Source of the DNA: Botryllus schlosseri
Lineage: Eukaryota
Length of the DNA: 64,000 nt
Reading direction: 5' to 3'
Assembly (NCBI GenBank): GCA_051294905.1
Contig: CM119371.1
Location: forward strand, 16,246,001-16,310,000
Under the pieces are notes generated by a model. That model was not told the DNA's origin. It saw only the letters and a list, made by a program, of their open reading frames with translations, and did not search any database. This document shows positions 23,978 to 37,139 of the stretch, one piece after another. The translations under genes were made by a program, and so were the position numbers. How positions within the stretch are numbered: the stretch's first letter is position 1; each line of letters opens with the position of its first letter.

Positions 23978-24981
23978 TAGGGACTGTGCGAACCTCTGAA
24001 AGGTTCGGGTTCGTGTGAACGCGAACTTTTTTGAAAGGTTCTGTGTGAATGCGAACGTGAACCGCATGACGTCACGTGACGTCATATTGCTAATTCAAAC
24101 CCTACATTTCAGTGAAGTGATATATATTAATGTACACGACACCTAGCGACGACTCGAGCCACATAATGCCGCAATGCTGAAGTAGGCCTACATACTGAAT
24201 TTTTAAACGTCCCAAATGTATCAACTGGAGCAATAAAATCATATATCAACTGGAGCAATGAAATCATATAATAATTCCATAAAATCAATATTTTCCGCCC
24301 TTTGCCAACAATTTCAACGAGGACTTGCAAGGGAATATAAGCTTAAGCAATCATGGTGTAGGCCAGACCGGACAATGTATTCGGCGTATGAGTGCTGTTA
24401 CGTTGATATTGAGCAGCGTGTGAATCGGGTTTACCCCATTAACGCGTTATACAGCAATAGGCAACACCCCAATCGCACGGATTTGGTGTTTATGATACAA
24501 TGAACATGTGAAATTGAGATGGACCCAGTACGCTTGCTAGATTTTTTACATCAGTCAACGATATCAAATTTATTGATCGGTTAAATAAGTATCATTCGCT
24601 GACTACCTACATATAACGTATATTTCGTTCATGATGTGTGATTGCGCGTCAGGCTCACAGCAGAGAGTCACCAAATATTCACAAATAGAAAGCTGGATAT
24701 TTTGAGCAATCTTTTGTAACAAAACGGGTTAAATTTTTGAGATTGTCATCATGCGATCGTTTAGTGTTGATTTCTTATGCTTCCAGCGCCATGCAAGAGC
24801 GACCTGCAGTTGAAATGCGATAAATTTCAACTAAAGATGTTATAATGACGTGAAATTTGTAATATATGAAAAAGGTTCACAGTGCAGAGCCTACCAAGTT
24901 TCGTTTGTGAACGTGAACCTCTAAATTTCCGAGGTTCACACACAGAACGGGAACGCGAACCTCACGTTCACACCATCCCTA
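23978..24981 (-). mobile_element. TAGGGATGGTGTGAAC-family MITE, inverted relative to 19215-20194
   Basis: End-to-end reverse-complement similarity. Confidence 0.88.
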
Positions 24982-26175
24982 ATATCAACGTTGTCTAAAA
25001 CTGATTTGCATTTTCGGGTCGGCCTTAAAAATATTGCGGGCTTTATTGAGGCCGCATACCTGTACGGCAAAATCGAGCGCCTCAGTGATTCGATTATTTT
25101 TAATCTAGTATCATGCTTCGATTCGATTCGATTCGAGTGCAGTATTCGAGTCTTACTCATTATGACGCCAATATAGTCTGAATGATGCGGAAAATCTAAT
25201 ATATACTAGTGGGCCATATGATGTTTTTTCAGTGGGACATATAGAGCTTGCATCACATGTCGCTGATTTCGGAAATCATATTAATATAATACAGAAGGGC
25301 TTCAAATTCCCGCATCATATCCAGAAATCTGCGAAAATTGGATTGTTAAGATCCATTCTTTCGCCACAGCGTGATTGCGTGAATCAGACAGTTCATCGTT
25401 GTTGAACATAATATTGTCCAAACAGCGCTACAGATTTCATATTGTAACTGACACACGCCGTCGCTCACATCGAAAGCAAGCCACGGCAACGGCATTCGAG
25501 CAAATTTACGTTTTATGTATTCACTGCGCTGTTGAAACCCGGTGTTTTTCATTGAACGTTAACGTTATCGGGCCAACGCAATTTTGAACTAAATTAGTTC
25601 GTCATAAGCAGGACAAGGTCGTTAGATGAAGGGCAAAATTCTCGGACTTGGATATGCAATTTCTAATCATTGACAGCGTAAAAGAAAATGGAGTTACGCC
25701 AACTCCGCGCATCTTTAACGGATATTATCCCCGTTTGGCGCGCAGCATTGCCGTGATAGCACGGAGGGATGGTGCAAAACTAAGAAAGTCTTACAATGCT
25801 GTTTACGTATCTGCCATGTACACTCGTACATGAACTCATGGACTCATGGACGATATGCGTATGCACAGATCGTGTGTAGGTAGATATTATATCATGAGCA
25901 ATGTTCCCTCTAATTCTTTACGAGTCTGCGCGCACTCACCGACTCACTGCGCGGTATCTTGGACCTCAGTGCGTAACTACTAAAAAAAGGTCATCACGGC
26001 GGATTTTTTCTGCGCAGCTCAGATTTTCTGTTCGCGGAGACCGTGTCCCCAATGCGCAATTGCGCACGCGCGCTGCTTAGATGGGACATTGATCACGAGT
26101 CGGTGTATGTGCCTCCAAAACAATAAGTGACAAAAATATACTACGTCCTATTCCTATATATATATATAGTTATAC

Positions 26176-26304
26176 CTTTTCAAGGTGACACTTCATATCG
26201 TTCGCTTCGAGAATGGCCGCCAGCTTTCCGTCCATCGCAATGTGAGGCGTGGCGTCCGTCGTGAGTAAGATCACTCTCGTAGATCCCGTGCGCCATTTGA
26301 TGAA
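26176..26304 (-). CDS. ITGB: Integrin beta exon 6 (FIKWRTGSTRVILLTTDATPHIAMDGKLAAILEANDMKCHLEK)
   Basis: atttAG and GTATAA sites; WR...TDA..H...DGKL motif; phase 0/0. Confidence 0.94.
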
Positions 26305-26365
26305 CTAAATAGAGACAATTCGGTACTTGGAATCAATTTATGGAATTCGATTTGCGAGTCGTAGT

Positions 26366-26955
26366 ATAGATTACTAACCTACGGATGGATACGCAACTCC
26401 CGCAAAGTCTGTCGATACGGTCGGGCAAGCAGTTACTCCCGTGACTGGGCAATCTAAAGCAGCATAATTGGTAGTGCTTTAACTGCCGACCAGAGCGCTG
26501 AAAATTAATACAACTGGTCTTAATCGAAAGCTGGTGTCGCACTGATTCCGACAATACAAATTAAAATTTTGTGACAGCAATGGAACCACCTCAAAACAGC
26601 CCTCAAATTCTGAATATCGGCGTTTCTCCGAACAATCGCTTGACGGAATTGTCGGTTGTTATTTTGATTACGTAGCGGCGCTGCCATTGTTGGAACAATG
26701 ACGATTTTCAGACTTTGCGGGCTGTTTGGGGTCGTTCCATTGCCCTTACAAGATTTTAATTTGTATTTTCGGAATCAGTGCGACACTAGCTTTCGATTAA
26801 AGCCAGTTATATTCAAATTCAGCGCTCTGGTCGAAGGCTACAGCACTACCAATTACGCTACTCATAGATTGCTCACTCGCTCAGCAATACGAGACACTGC
26901 TTGCCCAAGCGGAACCACCATGAGTTGCGTATCTTTAAGAAGGTTAGTAATCTAT
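26366..26955. mobile_element. Foldback element with 9-bp TSD (Mutator-like)
   Basis: Long imperfect palindrome, termini ATAGATTACTAACCT; flanks AGTCGTAGT on both sides. Confidence 0.75.
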
Positions 26956-27008
26956 AGTCGTAGTAAAACTCGTGACGAGACACACTGAGAGAGGAGAGGT
27001 AGTCACTG

Positions 27009-27526
27009 GTTTGTTTGTTTTGATGTACATGGTGATTCGACTACATTGGTCATTTTACACCAGGTCGACACACTTTATTTTTGATTCCATATTCACCGAC
27101 TTTTAGCACGGCCCACATCTAGGCTTTTCATAAGACACCGCTTTTGCGGATCACGTGGCGAGGAGAAGCCTAGATAAGTCTACCTAGATAAGTCGACCTC
27201 GATAAGTCGACCTCGGTCGGACTCGAACCCGCGACCCATTGGTGTTGCAGCTGTGGATTATACCACTACGCTATCTCGCCACGACTACATTGGTCATTTT
27301 ACACCAGGTCGATACACTTTATTTTTGATTCCATATTCACCGACTTTTAGCACGGCCCACATCTAGGCTTTTCATAAGACACCGCTTTTGCGGATCACGT
27401 GGCGAGGAGAAGCCTAGATAAGTCTACCTAGATAAGTCTACCTAGATAAGTCGACCTCGGTCGGACTCGAACCCGCGACCCATTGGTGTTGCAGCTGTGG
27501 ATTATACCACTACGCTATCTCGCCAC
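27009..27526 (-). mobile_element. tRNA-derived SINE as a head-to-tail 244-bp tandem dimer
   Basis: 27039-27282 and 27283-27526 nearly identical; single GTTT tail at about 27009-27021. Confidence 0.88.
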
Positions 27527-27764
27527 GCAGGTTACGAATGGTCTGTAACGATGTACTCTTACTATTTGATAGTACTTAAATAGATTTCGCCTACTTGTAG
27601 TACTTACTCAAGCGACCATGTATGCAGACTATACTTTCACTTCAAAATAACAGTTCTTCAGGCAGACCTACTTACTTTTTCGCTCTCCGGCTATTGGAAA
27701 GTAGAAATGTGCTTTGGGTCATATGAATCGGGCGAAATAACCCTTGTATGACGATAACTGAATA

Positions 27765-28086
27765 CAGTGGTTCTCAACCTTTTTTTTTTAGACACGCCCC
27801 CCTTTATGATAGTGAAAAATCTCGCGCCACCCTTATCGTCATATTACAAAATCTAACCGGGATGCTGGCAACTCCTACAATTTGTTCGATTGCATGGAAG
27901 GTTATGACTGCTGATGAGAGAATTCAAAAATATAAAATCCGGTCTATATATAGAGAAAGACGCGTGAAGTGGAGGCAAATCGCACAGAGCGCGAATTTTT
28001 TTTCAGTTGACCGCTTCTTCGCGCCCCCCTTCAGATGCTTTCACGCCCCCCCAACAGTGGTGTGCCCCCCAGGTTGAGAACCACTG
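27765..28086. mobile_element. hAT-type MITE (relative at 31982-32299)
   Basis: TIR CAGTGGTTCTCAACC; perfect TSD ACTGAATA. Confidence 0.9.
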
Positions 28087-28319
28087 ACTGAATATGTCCT
28101 CACAAAATACACCTATATTTCCTCCACCAGTAACAGAATATGTGATATTGTCTTCATGAAAATCTAACAGTGCTTCGTCACTGACCGCACCAGATTTCAT
28201 AAGCTTTGAGAGTTTTTTCAGCGGGTGATCGACTCGCAAAAATTGGGTATGCAAATCAGTTTGACCGACGAGAAGACGCTATGAAAAATCGACGTGAGCT
28301 ATTCCTATAAAATTTATAC

Positions 28320-28512
28320 CTCTTCGCAGACTGCAATTTGCATGAGTGCGTCGAAGGATCCTTCTGGTATGTCGATATTGCCAGACACCGTAGTCGCTTC
28401 AACCGCGTTCTGGAACTCTGTGGCGTTACCCGTGATTGCGAGTTGGTGACGAAATCCGAAGGGTGGAGCGCACGACGTTACGTTCACTCCCCCCGCGCAC
28501 GGGTTTTGCAGT
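28320..28512 (-). CDS. ITGB: Integrin beta exon 5, specificity-determining loop and SyMBS (LQNPCAGGVNVTSCAPPFGFRH...VSGNIDIPEGSFDALMQIAVCEE)
   Basis: tttctAG and GTATAA sites; conserved motifs; phase 2/0. Confidence 0.95.
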
Positions 28513-28904
28513 CTAGAAATGAAATTGCACCCATTTCTGTATGTGCAATATGACAGTACACTGATATAATAATCGGTTATCTGACGGGTTCTGGACCTGG
28601 GGTCTGCTACGCCATGCTATCATGGCCAAAGTGATAAACATCCATCTATAAGCGATTCGTAACCTTGATGTCAGTACTAAATGCCGCAATGCGACTCTAC
28701 ACTGCAATGTTCCCTCTAATTTTTGACGAGTCTGCGCACACTCACCAACTCACTGCGCAGACCCTTGGACAACAGTGCGTAACGACCAAAAAAGGTCATT
28801 ACTTCGGATTTTTTGTGCGCAACTTCGATTTTCTGTGCGCAGAGACCGTGTCAACACTGCGCATTTGCGCACGTGCGCAGCTTAGAGGGAACATTGCTCA
28901 ACAG

Positions 28905-29450
28905 CAGGGGCGGGCAACTTCTCCGTCCGGCGGGCCGGATAGGGGAACATGAAGGTAAGGCGGACCGGATTCTGAAATTTTTATGAGTTCAGGGAAGCTC
29001 CCCCGTGGGAACGCGACACAGATCCGTCCATCCTACCCTGCGCTACCTTTTGTATAAACAATTCAGAGACGTACACATTCTTGCAGTTGCGTACTATACC
29101 TGGTATTGGGAGACCGATTCACGGGCGAGCTAAAATCGGTGATATGAAATCATTGTGTATGTGGCTTATAGTAACGCCGCTTATAGTCTGACATCTGCCC
29201 AAAAATATTGTACTATTTATAGACACTACGAATATTCTCGAAAAATTTCGGAATGGTATGAACCCATTCACCCCTGGTTACGCCTGTGCGGTGAACATCA
29301 GTTGTATTGGAACGTAGCCTTGTTTTGCTAATAATATTCATTGTCCAAAATGTTTGCGCCTAAATGCCTGTAGACGCGGCCACATCATCACTTAAAACCG
29401 CAATCTGTCGACGGACAAAATCCTGTCGCGGGTCGTAGTTGCCGGTCCTG
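28905..29450. mobile_element. hAT-type MITE, CAGGGGCGGGCAAC family
   Basis: TSD CTCAACAG/CTCTACAG. Confidence 0.75.
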
Positions 29451-30027
29451 CTCTACAGCATCAAATATTTCAGCGTGTTTTGTCAAAAAGAGTACCGCTC
29501 CTTAGCGAACTGACACATCTAACGTGGCCCAATCACTAATTACTTGGGACGTAAAATTGTGATATGTTTACAAACCTCCCACGAAACTTTCCAATGAGAG
29601 CATTGTCCTAAGCATATATACAAAAAAGAGTAATTCACTAACCGGCTAATCGATACAATATACAAATAGGATTGCATTTAAAACAAACAGTATTTCAAAA
29701 CACCATGTTTTAAACAGTGTTTTAAAAAAAAGGCCTTTAAAAAATTGTGATTTTTTAAGATGTAAAATTATGCCATAATTGTGTAAATACTTTATACAAA
29801 AAACATGTTGTATGAGCCTACGGACAATTACCACCCGATGTAGCCGACGTATCGATATGGGATGGTTGGCACCCTCAAAATAGTCGGTTCAACAGCAATA
29901 GTATATGTATATTTCGTCAAAGGAGCTAATTTTACCCTATAATACAACATACAAATATACTATTTTGAGCCACACCATGAAAACACAACCGACATCTGGA
30001 TCAGGTTATAAGGATTGATAAACTCAC

Positions 30028-30259
30028 TGCGCTGTGACCGTGCTGGTGTAGGGCATCATCACTTTGTCTACGAACGACCCGAAGCCCACTTCCACGTTCT
30101 GTGTGATGTTGTCCTTGATATTGTTAACCAATCTGGCTCCCAACCCTTTCAGTGTGTCCAAATCGTCGCTCATAGAGTTTGATAAATCCATTACGTAGTA
30201 CAAGTCCAACGGGTAGTCGATGACTTTGTGGAAGGTGATGTTCACCTTTTTCGTTTGAC
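30028..30259 (-). CDS. ITGB: Integrin beta exon 4, beta-I domain with MIDAS/ADMIDAS (DYPLDLYYVMDLSNSMSDDL...GFGSFVDKVMMPY)
   Basis: Within ORF 30024..30323; gcAG and GTGAG sites; phase 1/2. Confidence 0.96.
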
Positions 30260-30659
30260 CTGCCAGATATGAATGCGGTAATTTAGTTACACTTGTCCGC
30301 AATAAAGTCGAACTCATCGACAAATATATATCGTTGTGTGAAAATTCCCGTCATTACTATGCGCAGAGGTGGCCAAAGTAGCCAGTGTTGGTACTCCAGT
30401 AGCAGTAGAAGCAATGCCATAAATTTCTACTCAGTTACAAGCAGAAACAGCGATTTTCGATAGGCCTACATGTCAACACTACTTCAAGTGGAAATAGATA
30501 ATGAAAGGTTTGATACCTGGTCCAGTAAGCATATATAGTTTCAGAAATTGGATTGGGTATAAGGGTAGAATATTTTTATTAGGTATTAGGAAGTGGTGAC
30601 ATTCAAGATTGCAAGAAATATTTTCGCGACCAACGCAAGATGACTATATGACGCTACAG

Positions 30660-33376
30660 CAGGAGTGGGCAATTATTTTTCTCCGCGGGCCAAATGAGAA
30701 GCAGAAAATACGCCGGCGGGTCGAGACAAGAAAGTTAGCAGTGTTCTCCAGCGTTTTAATATATTTCAAAATTGAAAGCAGTGATTTACACCTAATAAAT
30801 GCTGCTTAGTGCATGTGCTGATATTAGGGAATTAGAAAGTGACTGTAAATTACCAAAAAAGGATATTTATTTGCCGTCATATTTCGGAACAATGTTAAAC
30901 ATGATACCTTATGAACTCTCCTTAAATCCCTAACCACGTTTTGCTAGCAAGACATTAAAGTGTTTTTGGGATATCACACAGCAATTGGTCGCTGCCTTTC
31001 GAGCAATGTGTAGCATGGCGAAATAGCCTTGTTGTGGAGCGAAGCTTACATTTTTTCTCAAATCGCCCTCCTATGACAGAGTGTGCATGTCTTCGTGTTT
31101 TTGTCATCAAACCAACTTCAATTATACTCCTTAAACACTACGACCTGATCGGCACTAACTACTAAAAGACAGGGTTGTAATGACTCGAGTCATGACTCGA
31201 CTCGAGTCAGACTCGACTCACGATTTTCTGATGACTCGACTTGACTCGAGTCATTTTCTCAAAATACGGAAATGACTCGACTCGACTCGAACCAATCTGT
31301 GCATTGACTCGACTTGGACTCGAGTCATTGCGCATGACTCGAACCAAGTCATATGACTCGAGAATCAGACGCCCAAGACCGACATTTCATTGTCACTTCG
31401 AAAAACAGTAAAGTAACCACCCTATTGGGATTTCGTATATTGGTACTGGTACTTGAAAATGCGGCCCGAAACTGTTAAAAGTGAGGAAAATTAGTATAAT
31501 ATAATTGCCAACCATTCGATATCACCAATCAGAGCCATAAAAGTGGGTTTAACGAGACTTTAACTAGAAACTGAGCAGTCAACACAATGACTTGGACTCG
31601 GACTCGAGTCATAATATCATGACTCGGACTCGAACCTCTGCTCGATGACTTGGACTCGGACTTGACTTGGTGGTGAATTGAAAAAGACTCGACTTGACTC
31701 GAGTCAAAACCATAAAAGTGAGATTGACTTGTGACTCGGAGCTTTGTGACTTGGTTACAACCCTGCTAAAAGACCGGTTTACCCTTGACTTCAGTGAACA
31801 AATATTTATTGCTCCGAACCGTCTTTGAATTTCAGATTTCGGCTTTCTTTTTTTGACATGCCCGTTCACCCTTTATGGGGGACGATGACTCATAGTAATC
31901 ACGTGCACCGATTGACTTGTTTTACGAATGAGGGTTCCGGAAACGCATCACGTAACAATTTGAAGCACGGACCGTGCAATGTAGTGGTTCTCAAACTTTT
32001 TTGACATCCCTCTTTTTATGATAGTGAAAAATTCCGCATCACCTTATCATCATATCACAAAATGAAACCAGAATGCTGGTAATCCCAACGCATAGTTTGA
32101 GGGCATGGAAAGTTACGACTGCTAATGAGAGAATTCTCAAATACGAAATTCGCACTGTACACAAAGCAACAACTATGAATTAAAGGTAAATCGTGCATAG
32201 CGCGAAAATCTATTTCAGTTGACCGCGGCTTTGCGACCTCTTTCAGATGCTTTCACCCCCCCCCCCAAGGCGGGCACGCCCCCAGTTTGAGAGCCACTGG
32301 TGTGACAATGCCAACAAATGTCTGGCGAATTCTTGTGACGTTGATCGCTACGACATAATTTACGACTTTGACTTTGTTTTGAATCCAGATTACGCATGCG
32401 AGGTGCGTAGGCTGCGTGGTATATTAATGGGCAGGATTGAAAATAAACTAAATTTGGACAATTTATACAGCCTATGGCAGGGGTGTCAAATATACGGACC
32501 GCGAAGCAATCTTGAGTAGATTGAAAAATGATTGTTGTATCGAGCAGATTTCTAATAAATGTTGAGATTGCGATAGTAAGAAATACTGCCATTAAATAAC
32601 CCCTCACGACAGCAAATGAAGAGTATGTTTATGTTCATAGGCCACATTATAACCATCCGACTGCGGTGTTGTGGCTTCACTATATAGTCACCTTTAGAAA
32701 TAAGTCGCTCACATTGACACCCAATTCCGAGAAGGCAAAAAAGTGCGGACAGAGTTCAGAGTTTTATGGAAAGATGGACCCAAAACTAGTTATTCACAGA
32801 AGCGAAAACGCCAATGCGAAACCATTATATGCAGGTTACGTGGAGAATATATTAGTTACACTGGTATATATGGTCCGCTCTTGTATTCCTCACAACGCAC
32901 ACGCAGGGCTGACGCCAGTATACGACTGAAACAAAGGCGGCATAATAATGTAACAATTTATATATATCATCGCCAGAGCTACTGTATAACTGTATTCAAC
33001 CGCGTCATCGAATTATTGTCATTTCCATCGTTTTCGAATGATCGTGTAGCTAGAAGAGAACCCCTATGATCCGTATTGTAATATACCATGTCGTATATAG
33101 GCTTGATAATAAAGTATTCAAATGAAAAACAAAGGGTATGTTTTTTGAGGCAATATTGAGGAATCATTTGACTTGTGCGGCCCGCGAGCGATCCGAAGGT
33201 TTTAATCCGGCCGGCGATGCAGGTTGAGTTTGACACCCCTGGCCTATGGTCTTAGTCCACGCAGCAATAATAAAAAGTAGGTTTTATGTTTTGAATTACG
33301 AGAATCTTTTCGCGGGCCGCACAGAATAGCTCCGCGGACCGCATCTGGGCCGCGGGACGCACTTTGCCCGGGTTTA
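30660..33376. mobile_element. Old hAT-type element hosting three younger MITEs (31170-31765, 31982-32299, 32478-33241)
   Basis: Outer ends CAGGAGTGGGCAA / TTGCCCGGGTTTA with weak TSD; inner perfect TSDs CTAAAAGA and GCCTATGG. Confidence 0.65.
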
Positions 33377-34552
33377 CATTACAGATACGTACCGCTACAT
33401 TATTCCCAAACACATATAGTCACGGGGACACACGGTCTATTTAACGATTTTCAAAAGCCAATATCTTAACCGGATTCGGATCGGATTAGAAGACACAATT
33501 AACTTTATCTGTATTTTGAATTTCGGCATGTAGAATTTCGAATCGTTTTCAACTTTGATGAGAGTCCGAAAAATATTAAATCCGCTTATCTCTGAGCAGT
33601 GAGTACTGTAGCAAACTCTGCTAACGTTGACTGTGATAGAAGGATGATAATTACAGTATCAAAATATTTCTTAAGGTCCCCATATATACATATGATATGA
33701 GCCTAGGTATGATGTCAACTAATAGGCCTATCATATCAGCCGCTGCGAGATTTCCGGCGTTGGCACAATTTCAAACGGACAAGACGTAAGGTGTAAACAA
33801 TAGCTTCGTATCTCTCTCTATCCGACCTCACATCGTGTTTACTAAAATAACAGGTCATATCAAGACACCTAGCAGAAGTGATTGCAATAGCATGGCCGGT
33901 AGTGCACATTAGTCATGCTGATAATCGTTTTACCATTCGTGGTATTAGACGTGCGATGAATGGTGATGGTTTCCAGTGGAACTAAGCTCTTTTGGGGTTG
34001 ATTAATCCAACTCATACATTACACCTTCATGACTTCATCCATCAAATACATAGTCGCTTCCTAAGTCTCATTGTAACGGCACAAGACAGCGTCTTCTATG
34101 CACACACCATTCACAAAACAAGTCGTAGGTTACTTTTCACGATATAGCATAACCTACATGCAGTGGCGTCCTTTCCAACCATCATCCGATTGAGAATCTT
34201 ACCAAGGAACGTAAAATCTTCAAGAGTAGCTATTTTCGCGTCTATTTTAGGATCAAACAGCGCGCTCTAACAGGAAACATTGAAGTTGACAAGTGACTAT
34301 GTTCAAGTTTGGCGATATTAACTCACAGTCTATTTATCTGCATGCATATACGGCTCCTCAAATGATTTGTAACTTGCGAGCATTCTCATTTGTATTGGCA
34401 CACTCACATAATTTACAACTTCCATTGCAATATATGCCAAGCTTGAAGACTATACCTGATGTGGCCGTCACCAGTAGTAAAGCCACAATAACGGAAGTTT
34501 CCGGAAAAGGAATATTTAGATTTTGCGTCGATAATCACTCAAACATTTAATG

Positions 34553-34901
34553 TAGGGTTACCACACGTCCTCCTTTAGGAGGATTTGTCCTCCGAGGATG
34601 CCTAAATATACTCCTTTTTGGGAATTCGTCTTCCTTTACAGCTTTTAGAGCTAAGATAGTGGACAGATCCGAGTCAAGATGGGCATAAATGACGCTGAAT
34701 AGGGCATTCGTGGTACGAACGAAAGTGACCTTTTTTTAGTCAAACAACGTAAAGTGTGTAAGAAAAGGAAAGTTTTTTTTAGTCAATCAACCACAAAGTC
34801 GGGAAAAATTTACCATATTTTCCGAATTTTACTCCACAATTCTAAGTCTAAAAATTTTGAAAAAGTATCCTCCTTCCCGATTCCAAAATATGGTAACCCT
34901 G
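34553..34901. mobile_element. MITE, TAGGGTTACCA family
   Basis: Perfect TSD ATTTAATG. Confidence 0.85.
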
Positions 34902-35010
34902 ATTTAATGCCCATGTCAGTCACCCAGCTACAATGTCACTCTTGTATAGGTAATGTAAAATAACAGTCGCAAACATTTCGATGCAGCTACGTACGGCGGC
35001 GAAACGTTAC

Positions 35011-35168
35011 CTTTTCTTAACTTCACCGTTAGCCTTTGCGGTCGCATCTGAATGATATCTTGTGAACTTGTTGTTAATTCGCTGGCGTTGCTGTAGTTTT
35101 CATCCTGCACATTATCGTGGTAGCTCTGCGGATTGATGAGAGGGTCGGAGCAATTATAAGTCGTCGTC
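35011..35168 (-). CDS. ITGB: Integrin beta exon 3, PSI end and hybrid start (TTTYNCSDPLINPQS...IIQMRPQRLTVKLRKG)
   Basis: gacAG and GTAAC sites, QMRPQRLTVKLRKG matches the integrin-beta QxxPQxxxxxLRxG motif, phase 2/1. Confidence 0.93.
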
Positions 35169-35199
35169 CTGTCGTAAAGAAACGTGAATATAGAATCAT

Positions 35200-35525
35200 A
35201 CGGTGTCCGGTCAATACCGAGAAGATCATTACCGAGAATGGACACCACCAAGAATAATTATGAACATTACCGAGAATTCAATGTATGCAATGCAAGCATG
35301 TTAGGCATATGAACAGGTCGTGTGTATGTGCACCACGGCGTTGCCACATTCGGTGTCGATTGCCGGTATAAAATTCTCGACAACGTCCGTCGCTGTAAAT
35401 TAGATTCTCGGTAATGCCCATTCTCGCTGGTGTCCATTCTCGGCGGTGTCCATTCTCGGTGGTGTAAATTCTCGGTAATGTCCATTATCGGTTATTGTTT
35501 TCTCGGTAGCGGTATGGAACCGAAC
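35200..35525. repeat. Short element built of ACCGAGAAT / ATTCTCGGT inverted subrepeats
   Basis: Repeated CCGAGAA on the left and TTCTCGG on the right; begins about 30 nt from the exon 3 acceptor. Confidence 0.6.
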
Positions 35526-35936
35526 GGGGCCTACGATATCGTAAGCCCCGAAAGAATCATATACATACTACATAGCGTATGGTGTCTAGCAGGAAGACGA
35601 TTTTATAATGGTATACCGATATTGCTATTGATGGATATACAACAGTGGCTGTTGTCCGTCGTTGAGCTGTCAGTGTTGTGCGAATCAAATGTATACATGA
35701 CATGTGACCTGATCATAGGTGGTCAATGTAGTCAGCGGTGCTGCTGCGCAGGTAGAGGTAGAAGTAACGCCGTTAATTTGGACTCGATTACAAATAGAAG
35801 TAGCAAATTCCATCACGTGACAAAACTCTTTCAAGTGGAAATAGAAAATAAAAGGCCTGAGAATTACTCAGGTCAGTAGTTTAGTAAAGTAGATTTAGGT
35901 TCAGTTCAGTATATTATGAAATTTCATCATTTCAAA

Positions 35937-36532
35937 ACTAATTTAAGCCTACACACAAAATTTGGTTCAATTCCAGCCAGTAACCGCTTTGGTACAGGAG
36001 AAGTAAGTTTCTATTTATTATATAAAAATAAATAATAAATTTTTTTTAAATTTTTTGTTTACCCCATGAAAGTGTTAGGCTGTCTATAGAAACGATGCTC
36101 ACCAAATTTGGTTCAATTCCAACCAGTGGAAGCGGAGTTATTGCCATCGAAAATTTGGATTTGAATAAAATAGTATCTACGGTGAGCACAACTAAAATAA
36201 ATAAACAAAGAATCGGTCACCGTAAATACTATTTTATTCAAATCCAAATTTTTCGACGGCAATAACTCCGCTTCCACTGGTTGGAATTAAACCAAATTTG
36301 GTGAGCATCGTTTCTATAGACAGCCTAACACTTTCATGGGGTGAACAGAAAATTTTCAAATTTTTTATTATTTATTTTTATATAATAAATATAAACTTTC
36401 TTCTCCTGTACCAAAGCGGTTACTGGCTGGAATTGAACCAAATTTTGTGTGTAGGCGTAAATTAGGTAACCTAACAATTTTATCAAGTAGCCAGTACGAT
36501 TTGAGAAAAAAAGTCATTTTTTAAGAGCCCTA
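35937..36532. mobile_element. Foldback palindrome, TAGGGCTCTT family, left end truncated
   Basis: About 250-bp inverted arms, spacer GCACAACTAAAATAAATAAACAAAGAATC; same family as 42976-43638. Confidence 0.85.
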
Positions 36533-37139
36533 ATGCACACTGAATGAAAAGTAAAAGAAGTCATTGAAATTTCCGGGACAGTGATCACAGTGGAACTGAT
36601 ATACATAAATTTGGCAATCTCTGGTTTCCGCATATCTTATGTTTAGGACACCGAATCCTTTGAGCACGGATTTGTAGGACGCACAACCTGGCCAAATCGG
36701 GCCCCTGGGTATCATGCGTAGGACGTGTTGTTGAAGTATTGGTATAGTGACTTGAGTGCGCTAACGCAGGCAGCTCCACAGCAGATGATGCCATATTGTA
36801 ATTTCGATTGGAATGTGGTTTTGGTTCCGCAAAATTTTGACGCTCATTGGTGGCGGCTACTTTTGAACATGCAAGATGCGGCTTTGCAACTAAGGCAAGA
36901 AGAGTAATGAGTCTACAAATAGACACCAACTTTGAAAATCTAGTCTGCAGTTACTGCAATGGCTATTGCGCGCGTTTCTTATGATGATTTCAAACATGTT
37001 GTTTGTGGTATTCATGGTGTTTGTCGACTACTATGGTCATTGGTCATTTACACCAGGCCGATATTTTCAATTTTTATTCCGTAACTGCCGACTTATAGCA
37101 CGGCCCACTTCTAGGCTTTTTGTAAGACACCGCTTACGC

